A stretch of DNA of 44,814 bases from positions 1 through 44,814 of the forward strand of contig JAYYDR010000038.1 of NCBI GenBank assembly GCA_036160735.1, in the 5' to 3' direction. The DNA is from Thermoplasmatota archaeon (GTDB lineage Archaea; Thermoplasmatota; Poseidoniia; Poseidoniales; Poseidoniaceae). The notes under the pieces were generated by a model. It did not search any database and was not told the DNA's origin. It was given only the letters and a program-made list of their open reading frames with translations. A program made the position numbers and the translations under genes. Shown here in pieces: positions 36,323 through 44,814 of the stretch (positions are counted from its first letter, which is position 1; every line of letters starts with the position of its first letter).

Positions 36323-37834
36323 TCACTCCTGTCCTGCTGTGTGCGTTCCCGCAGGTGTCATCGTTCGAATGTGATACATTCTTTCCTCATTCTCTTCGAT
36401 GTTTTCATCTTTCATCAAGACCACGAAGACCGCCAACCAGAACGCTGTTGTCAGGATCGGCAATCCCCATGGGATTGTGAATTCAAGAATAGTTAGGTCC
36501 CAAGCCCAGCCGCCGTTTTCGAAGTCTAGCGCGCTAGCATCGAAGAAGTAAAGGCGGTAAACCATCGATAGGACGACTTGTAGAACTGCAAGAGGAAGAA
36601 GCATTCTCCAACCGAATTCCAGAATTTGGTCAGTCCTAATTCTTGGTAGAGCAGTTCTTGCCCAAACGAATACTACTGTGAAGATGAACCAAGCCTTTAG
36701 CAGAGTCCAGATGATTCCAGGAATTGCCAAGTAAGCATCTCCGATGTATGGAATTGCGCCGATGGTACCTGCAAACGGCGCATGCCATCCACCCATGAAG
36801 AAGTGAGCGAATAGGATACTTGCTGCGTACACACGCATGTACTCAGCAGCAAATAGGAGACCGAATCGCATTCCTCCGTATTCAGTCCACCAGCCTTCTA
36901 CAAGTTCAGCTTCTGCTTCTGGCATATCGAAAGGAATTCTCTCTACTTCAGCAATCATGCTGACCAAAAACAAAACACCGCCGAGCGGCATCAAGAAGAA
37001 TAGCCAAGCACCAGAAGAGTGTTGGAAGTGAATGATTTCAAGGAAGTTGAATGAACCAGCCATAACACAAACTCCCAGAATTGAAAGTAGAAGTGGGATT
37101 TCGTACGCAGTCAACTGGGCTGCGCTTCTAATACCGCCAAGCAGAGTATACTTGTTATTAGATGACCATCCTGCAAAGAAGACTCCAAGAGGAGCGATAC
37201 CGAAGATTGCGAATGCGAACAGAACTGAAAGTTCTGGGTTTGCTCCGTAAATTCCGCTGGATAGTGGAATCATACCAAGAATCATGATTGTTGAGGAGAT
37301 TACTAGGAAAGGAGCCAACTCGAAGATTACCTTGTCAGCCCTTGATGGAACCATATGCTCCTTGGTAAGGAACTTCATTCCGTCAGCGATGTTTTGGAAG
37401 AAACCAGGGAAGATGGTTACACCATACCATGACCGGTTTCCAACTCTGTTGACCATTTCTTGCTCGTGGCCTTTGTTGCCTGCTACCTTGTTTAGCCACT
37501 TGTTGATTGCTCCGATAGGCTTACCGATTCCATAAGGAAGCATATTCCACCATTCACCAGCAGTTACTCCATTTTCTCCAACCCAAAGCGAGCGAAGAGC
37601 GGTTGTAGCACCACGACGGTCGTTTACACGTGCGTAGAATTTCCTCTCAATCCACAAAATCATGAACATAGAGAGCATAATTCCACCAAAAGTCACCAAA
37701 CAGGTCACCAAGGTGAAAACGAAGAATGCAATATCGTTTGATGAGGATTCAAGGAATGTTCCGTCGAGAAGACTAGAGAAAATATCTCTAGTTTTGTCGT
37801 ATACAAGGTCGTGGAGTTGTAGCCAGTCATCCAT
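36323..37834 (-). CDS. nuoH: Complex I subunit H
   Basis: ERKFYAR, ADGMKFLTKE, GWSSNNKYTLLGGIRSAAQ and ERIPFDMPEAEAELVEG. Start ATG 37834 behind a GAGGTGA RBS. Confidence 0.95.
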   Translation of the reverse strand: MDDWLQLHDLVYDKTRDIFSSLLDGTFLESSSNDIAFFVFTLVTCLVTFGGIMLSMFMILWIERKFYARVNDRRGATTALRSLWVGENGVTAGEWWNMLPYGIGKPIGAINKWLNKVAGNKGHEQEMVNRVGNRSWYGVTIFPGFFQNIADGMKFLTKEHMVPSRADKVIFELAPFLVISSTIMILGMIPLSSGIYGANPELSVLFAFAIFGIAPLGVFFAGWSSNNKYTLLGGIRSAAQLTAYEIPLLLSILGVCVMAGSFNFLEIIHFQHSSGAWLFFLMPLGGVLFLVSMIAEVERIPFDMPEAEAELVEGWWTEYGGMRFGLLFAAEYMRVYAASILFAHFFMGGWHAPFAGTIGAIPYIGDAYLAIPGIIWTLLKAWFIFTVVFVWARTALPRIRTDQILEFGWRMLLPLAVLQVVLSMVYRLYFFDASALDFENGGWAWDLTILEFTIPWGLPILTTAFWLAVFVVLMKDENIEENEERMYHIRTMTPAGTHTAGQE

Positions 37835-37844
37835 GGTAATCACC

Positions 37845-38984
37845 TCAACGGTCAGTCTCCCCGATACATGGGTCGAAACTACCCATGATCGCTGGGATGT
37901 CGGCAACCTTGTATCCAATCATAGTCTTTGCAACGTATGGAATTGTGATAAACATTGGAGAACGGATGGAGACTCGGTAAGGATTCTTTCCTCTTCCATC
38001 TCCACCGCCTTGCAAGTAGAAGTTTGAAACTCCTCTAGTACATTCATAGGTGCTGAAACCTGTTGCGCCTTCAGGAGCGCGTGTCGGTGCTTTGGTGATT
38101 AGCATCTCATCGCCCGGCTGATAGTGAGTGTTTGCACCACCCGGAATCTTCTCGATTGCGTCTAGCAACATGCGGCATGACTGTCGCATTTCTTCCATTC
38201 TGACTCTGTATCTGTCGTAACAATCTGCTCCCTTGACGCTAGTTGGCTTTTCGACCGCAGGCTCCCAGTCCACTTGGTCATATACGGAGTACGGATTTGT
38301 CCATCTTGCATCTGCGTTTACTCCAGCAGCACGAATGTTTGGACCTGTTACACCGGCGTCAATTTGGTCTTCGGCTGTTGCATAACCTACACCTTGTAGC
38401 CTAACCAGCCAAATTGTTGACTCATCCAGTAACATTTCGTATTCTTTGATTCTGTTTTCGAATAACTTGACCTTTGCCTTGAGCCTGTTTGCCCAACCGA
38501 TTGGTATGTCTCTCTTTACACCGCCAACTCTTGGATAGTTGTAGTGCATACGAGAACCGCCTAGTTCTTGTAGCAAATCTAGGAACATTTCTCTGTCACG
38601 TAGACACCAAGTCATCAGGGTTAGATTTCCAATGTCAGGGCCGAATGCACCTAGCCACATCAAGTGGCTTGCTAGCCTCTGAACTTCAGCTGCCATTAAA
38701 CGGATGTATTCTGCGCGCTCTGGAACTTCTGCTTCAAGCAGGTCTTCTGCAGCCATAACATAGGAATGTGACCAAGTCATTGCGCTTACATAACAAAGTC
38801 TGTCACAATATGGTGTGATTTGGGTGAAGTCTCTCGCTTCACAGATTTTCTCTACACCACGGTGAATGTATCCCAATTCTGCTTCAGTGTCGGTGACTGT
38901 TTCACCGTCTACTTTCACACGTAGAGTCCACAATCCGTGTGTCATTGGGTGTTGAGGTCCCATTGTAATCCACATTTCTGCCAT
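37845..38984 (-). CDS. nuoD: Complex I subunit D (FpoD-like)
   Basis: MGPQHPMTHG, GYIHRGVEK, DRLCY, RLASHL, DCYDRY and C-terminal GSFDPCIGETDR. Confidence 0.95.
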   Translation of the reverse strand: MAEMWITMGPQHPMTHGLWTLRVKVDGETVTDTEAELGYIHRGVEKICEARDFTQITPYCDRLCYVSAMTWSHSYVMAAEDLLEAEVPERAEYIRLMAAEVQRLASHLMWLGAFGPDIGNLTLMTWCLRDREMFLDLLQELGGSRMHYNYPRVGGVKRDIPIGWANRLKAKVKLFENRIKEYEMLLDESTIWLVRLQGVGYATAEDQIDAGVTGPNIRAAGVNADARWTNPYSVYDQVDWEPAVEKPTSVKGADCYDRYRVRMEEMRQSCRMLLDAIEKIPGGANTHYQPGDEMLITKAPTRAPEGATGFSTYECTRGVSNFYLQGGGDGRGKNPYRVSIRSPMFITIPYVAKTMIGYKVADIPAIMGSFDPCIGETDR

Positions 38985-38993
38985 AATAACACC

Positions 38994-39647
38994 TCACTTT
39001 ACGCGGCCCTCATCCACCGGTTTCCGGTCAAATCCTTGCGGATCGTCATACATTTCATTGAAATCGTGATAGCGAATTTTATGTTGCCTTTGAAGGGGGT
39101 GGAAACCGGTTGGTGAATCGTGCGGATTTAGCACTCTATGCATGTTCTCATGACCTTCGAAATCAATTCCGACCAAGTCCCAGGTTTCTTTCTCGTTCCA
39201 ATCTGCTCCAACCCAGATGTCCTGAACTGAAGGGACTGAAGGTGAATCTCCTGTTGCTAATGGAATGAAAATCTCAAACTCCATTGGAATGTCATCGCCT
39301 TCTAGTGATTCTCCTTTGTGGACAGTCATTGTGTGCGCCTCCACGTTCTTGATTGGCCATCTGTGTAGGTGGTAAGCAACCTCCCAGCCTCTGTCGGCCC
39401 CTCCATCAGGGTAGTGAGTGCCTGTTACCATTGCACAGTGGTTTACACCCAGTTCGTGCTTTAGGTGCTTAGCGACTGCTCTCCATTGGTCAGGAGAGCA
39501 TGTGATTCTGACAAAATCAAATTTTTTGCCTGCAGAGTGAGATATGATTTCGATGGTCATACCAGCATCTGCGAATCGCTCTGCGAGGTTATCCGCAGCA
39601 GCTTGCGCTGCTGTAGTGTTCTGCTCTTTTGTAATGGTCGTACCCAT
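38994..39647 (-). CDS. nuoC: Complex I subunit C
   Basis: VPSVQDIWVGADWNEKETWDLVGIDFEGH...HPL. Confidence 0.9.
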   Translation of the reverse strand: MGTTITKEQNTTAAQAAADNLAERFADAGMTIEIISHSAGKKFDFVRITCSPDQWRAVAKHLKHELGVNHCAMVTGTHYPDGGADRGWEVAYHLHRWPIKNVEAHTMTVHKGESLEGDDIPMEFEIFIPLATGDSPSVPSVQDIWVGADWNEKETWDLVGIDFEGHENMHRVLNPHDSPTGFHPLQRQHKIRYHDFNEMYDDPQGFDRKPVDEGRVK

Positions 39648-39648
39648 T

Positions 39649-40245
39649 TCAGTCCTCTCCTACGATGATTGGCTTGTCGCCGTCACGGCCAGAAGAAGGC
39701 GCTCCACCGATACGGATGATCTTTTCACGAAGTTTTCCAAACCCATCGATTAACGCCTCTGGACGAGGTGGGCATCCCGGAATGTAAACGTCAACAGGGA
39801 TGACTGTGTCAACCCCTTCTAGGATGTTGTAAGACTGATAGTATGGACCGCCGGAAATTGCGCATTCACCCATTGCAATGCAGTATTTTGGCTCTGGCAT
39901 TTGCTCCCATAGCCTAACGATTGGGTCAGCGAATTTCTTTGAAATCGGACCATTGACAAGCAACACGTCAGACTGACGCGGGCTCGAGCGGAACAGTACA
40001 CCGAAACGGTCGCCATCAAACCTAGGGGTTGCTGAAGCGGCCATTTCAATTGCACAGCACTTGATTCCAAGGTGGAGTGTGAACAGCGACTTGCGGCCAG
40101 CCCAATTGAAGAATCGTCCTGCAAGAACACTCAACAGTTGCTTGATCTTGGTAGCCTTAAGCGCTTCATCGGTTACGTCTCCAACAATTTCGACAAGTGT
40201 TCTGCTATTGAACGTAGTATAATTCTCTCCAGTATCGCTCATCAT
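39649..40245 (-). CDS. nuoB: Complex I subunit B
   Basis: CCAIEM, RSSPRQSD, QMPEPKY.IAMGECAISGG and VDVYIPGCPPRPEAL. Confidence 0.96.
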   Translation of the reverse strand: MMSDTGENYTTFNSRTLVEIVGDVTDEALKATKIKQLLSVLAGRFFNWAGRKSLFTLHLGIKCCAIEMAASATPRFDGDRFGVLFRSSPRQSDVLLVNGPISKKFADPIVRLWEQMPEPKYCIAMGECAISGGPYYQSYNILEGVDTVIPVDVYIPGCPPRPEALIDGFGKLREKIIRIGGAPSSGRDGDKPIIVGED

Positions 40246-40251
40246 ATCACC

Positions 40252-40734
40252 TCAGATGTAAATTCGACCTCGCTTTCTGAATACATGCCAGACTCCTAGA
40301 GTCATTGTTGCGAAGAACACGATCAGAACAATCATCTCAGTTCCAACCGCTGCGATAGGGTCTGCTGTGGAGGATTCTGTTGCATCCATTGCTAGTAATC
40401 CTCCTAAGGCCATGAACATGAATGCAACATCGAATACCAAGAAAATAATCGCATACCAGTAGTATTGGAAGTGGAATTGAATCATCGCTTCACCGACTGG
40501 TTCTGAACCACATTCGTAGGTAGAAAGACGACGAGGGTATAGGCTATGGTCACGCTCATATCCTTCCATTAACCATGACTTTGTCATGTGTGGCCTAGAG
40601 GAATCAACCTTGGGCATAACGAAGTACTGAGTGATGAATGCGCCAAGTGGCATACCTATGCCGATTAAGGTCATCCACAACATCGAAAGATAGGTGCCTG
40701 TAACCGTTTCTGCGCCGACCAACTGTGCCACCAA
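40252..40734 (-). CDS. nuoA: Complex I subunit A
   Basis: TYECGSEP and FQYYWYAIIFLVFDV; three TM segments. Confidence 0.92.
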   Translation of the reverse strand: MVAQLVGAETVTGTYLSMLWMTLIGIGMPLGAFITQYFVMPKVDSSRPHMTKSWLMEGYERDHSLYPRRLSTYECGSEPVGEAMIQFHFQYYWYAIIFLVFDVAFMFMALGGLLAMDATESSTADPIAAVGTEMIVLIVFFATMTLGVWHVFRKRGRIYI

Positions 40735-40736
40735 CT

Positions 40737-40756
40737 AAGAGAGTTGACACTCTCTT
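40737..40756. promoter_or_regulatory. Perfect 8-bp inverted repeat AAGAGAGT-N4-ACTCTCTT immediately upstream of nuoA
   Basis: Seen directly; it ends 2 nt before the nuoA start codon. Confidence 0.45.
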
Positions 40757-40839
40757 GTCCAACCCACTCGACATCCGTCCATAAGCGTTGTCTAACTCAG
40801 GTGAATTTTGCTAGCCTGAGAAGGCTGACCCCGTAGGGG

Positions 40840-43743
40840 TCATTTGCGTCTTCTCAGGATTAAAGATGCGAAGCCGATTAGAACCAAAGCACCGATTCCG
40901 TAGAGGACGTTAGGAGTGATTAGTGAATTGAGTGCAAATTCCTCAGGTTCGCCATTCACAGTCAACTTGATGTTCTCCCTACCGGCTAGTCCAATTTCTG
41001 TTGGCTCAACTGATAATGTGAATGTAAATACATCCTCAACTTCGGCTGTCTCTCCTCCTGGTGGGTTTACTTTAGCTGTAATTTGAACCGTTTCTCCTGC
41101 AGGAATCATGCAAAGAATGTGATCTCCCTTGTCTTGGCATTCTGCACCAGACTCGTAACCCAAAATTACGTTCCAGCCTCTAACGCCAACACTGGAGAAT
41201 ATCTTGAACTCGGCTTCGATATTTCCGGTGTTCATGACGTCTACTTCAAAACGAGGAGATTTACCAATTTGGCCAAAGGTGATATCTTTCTCATTATCAC
41301 CTAGTACGATTAATTCAGCATCAAGAACAGTCTCAACAGACAGTGAGAATGTCACTTTACCACTGCGGTTAGCAGCATTTGATACTGAAGTTACTACCAA
41401 TTCAAGCAAACCACCATCACCATTTTCAGCACCGTTATTGACTTCAATTTCCAGCGTAATTATTGCATAGAATGGCATTGGAATGTGAGAATCTACGATT
41501 CCATTGTCTACTATCTTCTCGAAAATCTTGTCTTCTGTAGATCCTAGTAGAGGAGAATTACCATCGTAGTAGAACGTTCCAGTGGTTTCATTGAACGCTC
41601 CCCATCCCTTTGGAATAGTGATTGGTCCTTCAACAGGCATACCTCTGTAGATTAATTCGCGACTTGCTATTCCGGTTAGTCCACTGAAGTCAAATATTGC
41701 TTCATCTGTCAAATCACCGGTATTGGTTACTTTGAGATCGAAGGATTGAGTTCCACCGGGAGGTAGGATTAGGACCTCATTTCTGGACAAGTCATCTGCA
41801 TTATTCATTATGATAACGTCCATTGCGAAATCTCTGTCTGATAGAATCGCCCTGAACATGAACTCAAGTTGATTATCAGGGACACCATTTTCGTCAGAAT
41901 CTCCATTGTTATTGTCTCCAAGATTTGTGACTCTGACGGTTAATCTTGTGCTCTCTAATTCTTCTTCACCATCTATTGATACAACAAGATACATTGTGAT
42001 TGTACCCCTTGCTGGAATATCGACTTCAGTTACGATAGTACCATCTTCTGTTTCGAAATGCTTGCCCCAAGCAGGTTGTGCTGTTTGAGAAATAACAGAG
42101 AACCTAAATCTGTCCAATGTATTTCCATCATTGTTGACAACAATTGGGAATTGAACAGTCGTATCTGAGCGACCTGTTTGGTCGTCAGCAGGTGTCTCTC
42201 CGCTCATTGCATGAACTGCTTTTACGGTTGCAACTAGTTCAGCGGTGTCATAAGCTCCACCGCTTGATTGAGGTAATACAGAGAAGACTATCGTTACCTC
42301 CTCTGTTGCTAGGGCATCAAGCGGGAGAGAAATTGTGACCTCTATTGTTCCGGATTTTTCTGCGTTGTTGAACCTAGACTGTGTAGAAATTGTTGAGGAT
42401 TCGAGAGTAACCGACCAGCCTGCGGGCAAGGAGGATGCTGCTACTCTGAAGGTATCTGGGCCGTTTCCAGTGTTTGTTACAGTAAGCGTTGTGCTCCTGT
42501 CTTGACCTGGCGGAATGTCATAAATTCCAGTGTTACCCAAAGAAATTGTTGCACCTCTTGACTGACCGACAGTAACTGTAACTTCGCCTCTACATTTCCA
42601 GAAGTTGCCATCCTTACCCTCGATGTAAAATGAGTTCTGCGAGTTTGCTTCTACTGAATCATCAGGTGTTATTTCAATAGTGAATTCCTTTTCTCCATTG
42701 CCATTGTCATAGTTTAGCATACCACTAGATGCACCATCAACACCAGCCCAGCTTGATTTGCTTCCATTGAACCCGACATTAATTTGCCAGTCCGTATTTC
42801 CCTCATTTGAGAATGTTGCTAGCAAAGTTCCTGTTTCTCCTGGTTCAAGGCTTAAGCTTGACTTTGACAAAGTTACGTCACACTTTTTCAGTTCGGGAAT
42901 AAAAAGACTGAATTCTTCAACATCGGAAGCACTACCGTTTGGATTCTGGTCGTTTGTAACCACGCCCTCAATTTCCCAGCAGTACTTATCGCTTTCTTTA
43001 CCCTCAGGGACTTGAACAGTTACAGTGACCCATTCAGAAGATCCATTGTCGATTTGGACTGAACTAGGACTTACATCGATACTCAAACTTCCATCAGACT
43101 TGCAGCCACTTCCGCTCCTTGGGTCTACGGTCAGTTCAACGGTCTCTTGAACACGACCAGTGTTCTCCACCTCCACATCCCAAGTGATTTCATCTTCACC
43201 GTTCCATGTAGGGTTAACTGGGGCATCGATGGTAAGTTCTACACCGAACAGTGTAGAACCGGAGCCATCACCGGATGTAGTTTCAACATCTGCTGATTTC
43301 TGTGCGGGTGCGCCTGGTTGGTCAGGAGGAGTTGGTTGTTCGTTGGCATTTGCGTTCACAGTGGTGATGCATGAACCCTCAGCGTTTTGAGCGAGTGTGA
43401 CATTGAGGAATGTTTCAGCATTGTCGCCTGATTCAATAGGTTGTCCTATTTGACCAATCGCGGCAGAAAATCCAGTACAGTCCTGCTCATTGTTAGCTGC
43501 AAGGTTTACTGAAACCGGGTTTGCCCCGTCATTGTAGACGCGTACCGTGTACTCTGCAGTTTCGCCAGGGTTCACAGTTTGGGCGCTTGGAGAAATTGTC
43601 AATCTGATATTTGCATCTCTTCCGGAATCGTCCGCAACAACAGGAGTTGCTAATGCTGGAACTAGGGAAAATAGCATCAATGAGACCAGGAAAATACTGG
43701 TGATGCCTTTACCGGCTTTCGGGTCTTCTCTGCGGGGTTCCAT
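40840..43743 (-). CDS. Large surface protein with repeated NEW3/CARDB-like beta-sandwich domains (COG1470-like) and a C-terminal TM anchor
   Basis: Signal peptide and repeated 'V.PG.....L.V.NTGN..D.F' units (LPAGWSV). Ends YGIGALVLIGFASLILRRRK. Confidence 0.82.
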   Translation of the reverse strand: MEPRREDPKAGKGITSIFLVSLMLFSLVPALATPVVADDSGRDANIRLTISPSAQTVNPGETAEYTVRVYNDGANPVSVNLAANNEQDCTGFSAAIGQIGQPIESGDNAETFLNVTLAQNAEGSCITTVNANANEQPTPPDQPGAPAQKSADVETTSGDGSGSTLFGVELTIDAPVNPTWNGEDEITWDVEVENTGRVQETVELTVDPRSGSGCKSDGSLSIDVSPSSVQIDNGSSEWVTVTVQVPEGKESDKYCWEIEGVVTNDQNPNGSASDVEEFSLFIPELKKCDVTLSKSSLSLEPGETGTLLATFSNEGNTDWQINVGFNGSKSSWAGVDGASSGMLNYDNGNGEKEFTIEITPDDSVEANSQNSFYIEGKDGNFWKCRGEVTVTVGQSRGATISLGNTGIYDIPPGQDRSTTLTVTNTGNGPDTFRVAASSLPAGWSVTLESSTISTQSRFNNAEKSGTIEVTISLPLDALATEEVTIVFSVLPQSSGGAYDTAELVATVKAVHAMSGETPADDQTGRSDTTVQFPIVVNNDGNTLDRFRFSVISQTAQPAWGKHFETEDGTIVTEVDIPARGTITMYLVVSIDGEEELESTRLTVRVTNLGDNNNGDSDENGVPDNQLEFMFRAILSDRDFAMDVIIMNNADDLSRNEVLILPPGGTQSFDLKVTNTGDLTDEAIFDFSGLTGIASRELIYRGMPVEGPITIPKGWGAFNETTGTFYYDGNSPLLGSTEDKIFEKIVDNGIVDSHIPMPFYAIITLEIEVNNGAENGDGGLLELVVTSVSNAANRSGKVTFSLSVETVLDAELIVLGDNEKDITFGQIGKSPRFEVDVMNTGNIEAEFKIFSSVGVRGWNVILGYESGAECQDKGDHILCMIPAGETVQITAKVNPPGGETAEVEDVFTFTLSVEPTEIGLAGRENIKLTVNGEPEEFALNSLITPNVLYGIGALVLIGFASLILRRRK

Positions 43744-43793
43744 GAACCCCGGTCGAGGTGGTCACAGTAAAAGGCTATGGCCAGATGCTCAAA

Positions 43794-44814
43794 TCATTCT
43801 GTATTTACAAAAGACGATGATTCCGCACCGCAATTGGTACAGTTCGCAACATTGCAGGTTGGATGGTATCTTGCCCCACATGCAGGACAGCCCCTCATCC
43901 AAGTTAGGATTGGTTGTCTGCAAGAGAAGCACGGAGTGACCTGAGTTTGGGGTTTAGAATTCTGATAATGGTTAGCAAAATTTCCCGATTTTGGTTGGAT
44001 GGACGATTTCTTTCGAACTAGAACTAATCCAACTATTGCCAAGATTGGAATTATAATCCAAACTGCCCAGAATAACGTCTCAACAACCGAATTGGATTCT
44101 GAGGTTATTTCTCCTTCGCTATTCAAATCGATTGCAGTATTCGAATCTGTTACATCACTCGCTCCGGAAATTGATAGCAAAATGGTGCCCTTTCCAGGTT
44201 GATTTGGAGTGACTTCTAACCTAATCAGCTGAGATTGACCTGCTTGTAAGTTCAACGACTCGCTACCGTCGATTGAAACGCTCCAGCCGCTGGGAGGAGT
44301 GGCTTTTAGAGCCCCTGATACGAGCGAGTTACCTGTGTTAGTAATCGTAACCTCAATCAAAGATGATTCTCCGGTTTGAAGTGTATTTGTCCCTTCTATT
44401 TCCCAAGTGACTTCCTTTGTAGATGCCACAAGCATCGTTACCGACTTGTTTACTGTCACGGAATTTCCGGATAATACGACGTTGAATTGAGGTTCTGAGG
44501 AAGGATCTGCATTTCCTGTGATTATGATGGTGCAAGTCAGTGCTTTCAAATCGCCTTTGTTTACTACATCGATAGATGTACAATCACCCAAAAGTACGCT
44601 ATCTTTTTGCAATACTATCGAAGGGTTCCAAGGAGAATTTTCTCTATTTTCAACAATCCAAGTGTAGTTGATGGGAACTCCGACAGGGTGTTGCCCGGGA
44701 CCGAATATATTGGTCCAAGTTTCACCTGCAATTTCAACTGATGTAAATGTAAGAACCGGGTCAGGTAAAACAACGACTTCGACGCTTTCAGAGTGGCTCC
44801 ATGATTCTTCGTTC
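43794..44814 (-). CDS. Surface protein (NEW3-like domains, TM, cytoplasmic Cys-rich zinc finger), 5'-truncated by the window edge
   Basis: The frame stays open from 44813 (NEESWSHSESVEVVVLPDP...) through 44612. Contains ITNTGN/PSGWSV, a TM segment, and CFSC..CPAC..HPTC..CTNC. Confidence 0.8.
   Translation of the reverse strand, partial: NEESWSHSESVEVVVLPDPVLTFTSVEIAGETWTNIFGPGQHPVGVPINYTWIVENRENSPWNPSIVLQKDSVLLGDCTSIDVVNKGDLKALTCTIIITGNADPSSEPQFNVVLSGNSVTVNKSVTMLVASTKEVTWEIEGTNTLQTGESSLIEVTITNTGNSLVSGALKATPPSGWSVSIDGSESLNLQAGQSQLIRLEVTPNQPGKGTILLSISGASDVTDSNTAIDLNSEGEITSESNSVVETLFWAVWIIIPILAIVGLVLVRKKSSIQPKSGNFANHYQNSKPQTQVTPCFSCRQPILTWMRGCPACGARYHPTCNVANCTNCGAESSSFVNTE

Noticed and set aside
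37835-37918. nuoH start at 37918
   Set aside because: It overlaps nuoD by 74 nt, while ATG 37834 has a GAGGTGA RBS.
37845-40245. Membrane-bound [NiFe] hydrogenase
   Set aside because: The large subunit lacks complete CxxC pairs, NuoB has the tandem CC of complex I, and no maturation genes are present.
1-44814. tRNA, rRNA, integrase, transposase or provirus
   Set aside because: None recognised. Intergenic gaps are short and I saw no cloverleaf or terminal-repeat pattern by eye; a covariance-model scan would be needed to exclude other ncRNAs.

Overview
The window is a gene-dense archaeal chromosome segment. Several features point to a marine Thermoplasmatota genome, most likely Marine Group II (Ca. 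Poseidoniales): archaeal uS2, an aIF1A-Rio1-KH(Dim2) cluster, stand-alone TYW1, an HAD-ECH beta-oxidation fusion, an AlkB-like di-iron enzyme, large acidic CARDB/Ig-like surface proteins and GGTGA-type RBSs. The taxonomy is inferred, not searched. In order, it contains: a DUF523/DUF1722 gene, a Rieske protein and an atypical SDR; a PIN-TPR protein; an FtsX/LolCDE-type ABC operon whose permease carries a pentapeptide-repeat insertion; an unannotated 40-aa ORF; an alkB-like gene, tyw1, a GT4 and a fadB-like gene; three winged-helix regulators; dus and rps2; a solo Cas4-like nuclease split by four hydrophobic segments; a box C/D guide RNA whose D guide predicts 2'-O-methylation of C34 in a CAU-anticodon pre-tRNA; surface proteins; ribosome-biogenesis genes; and a Nuo/Fpo-like complex I operon (A,B,C,D,H,I,J1,J2,K,L,M,N; no E/F/G) with unusual insertions, including a Tudor/SH3-like barrel inside NuoI. 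I saw no CRISPR array, tRNA, rRNA or mobile element. All domain calls come from reading motifs by eye; no database searches were run.
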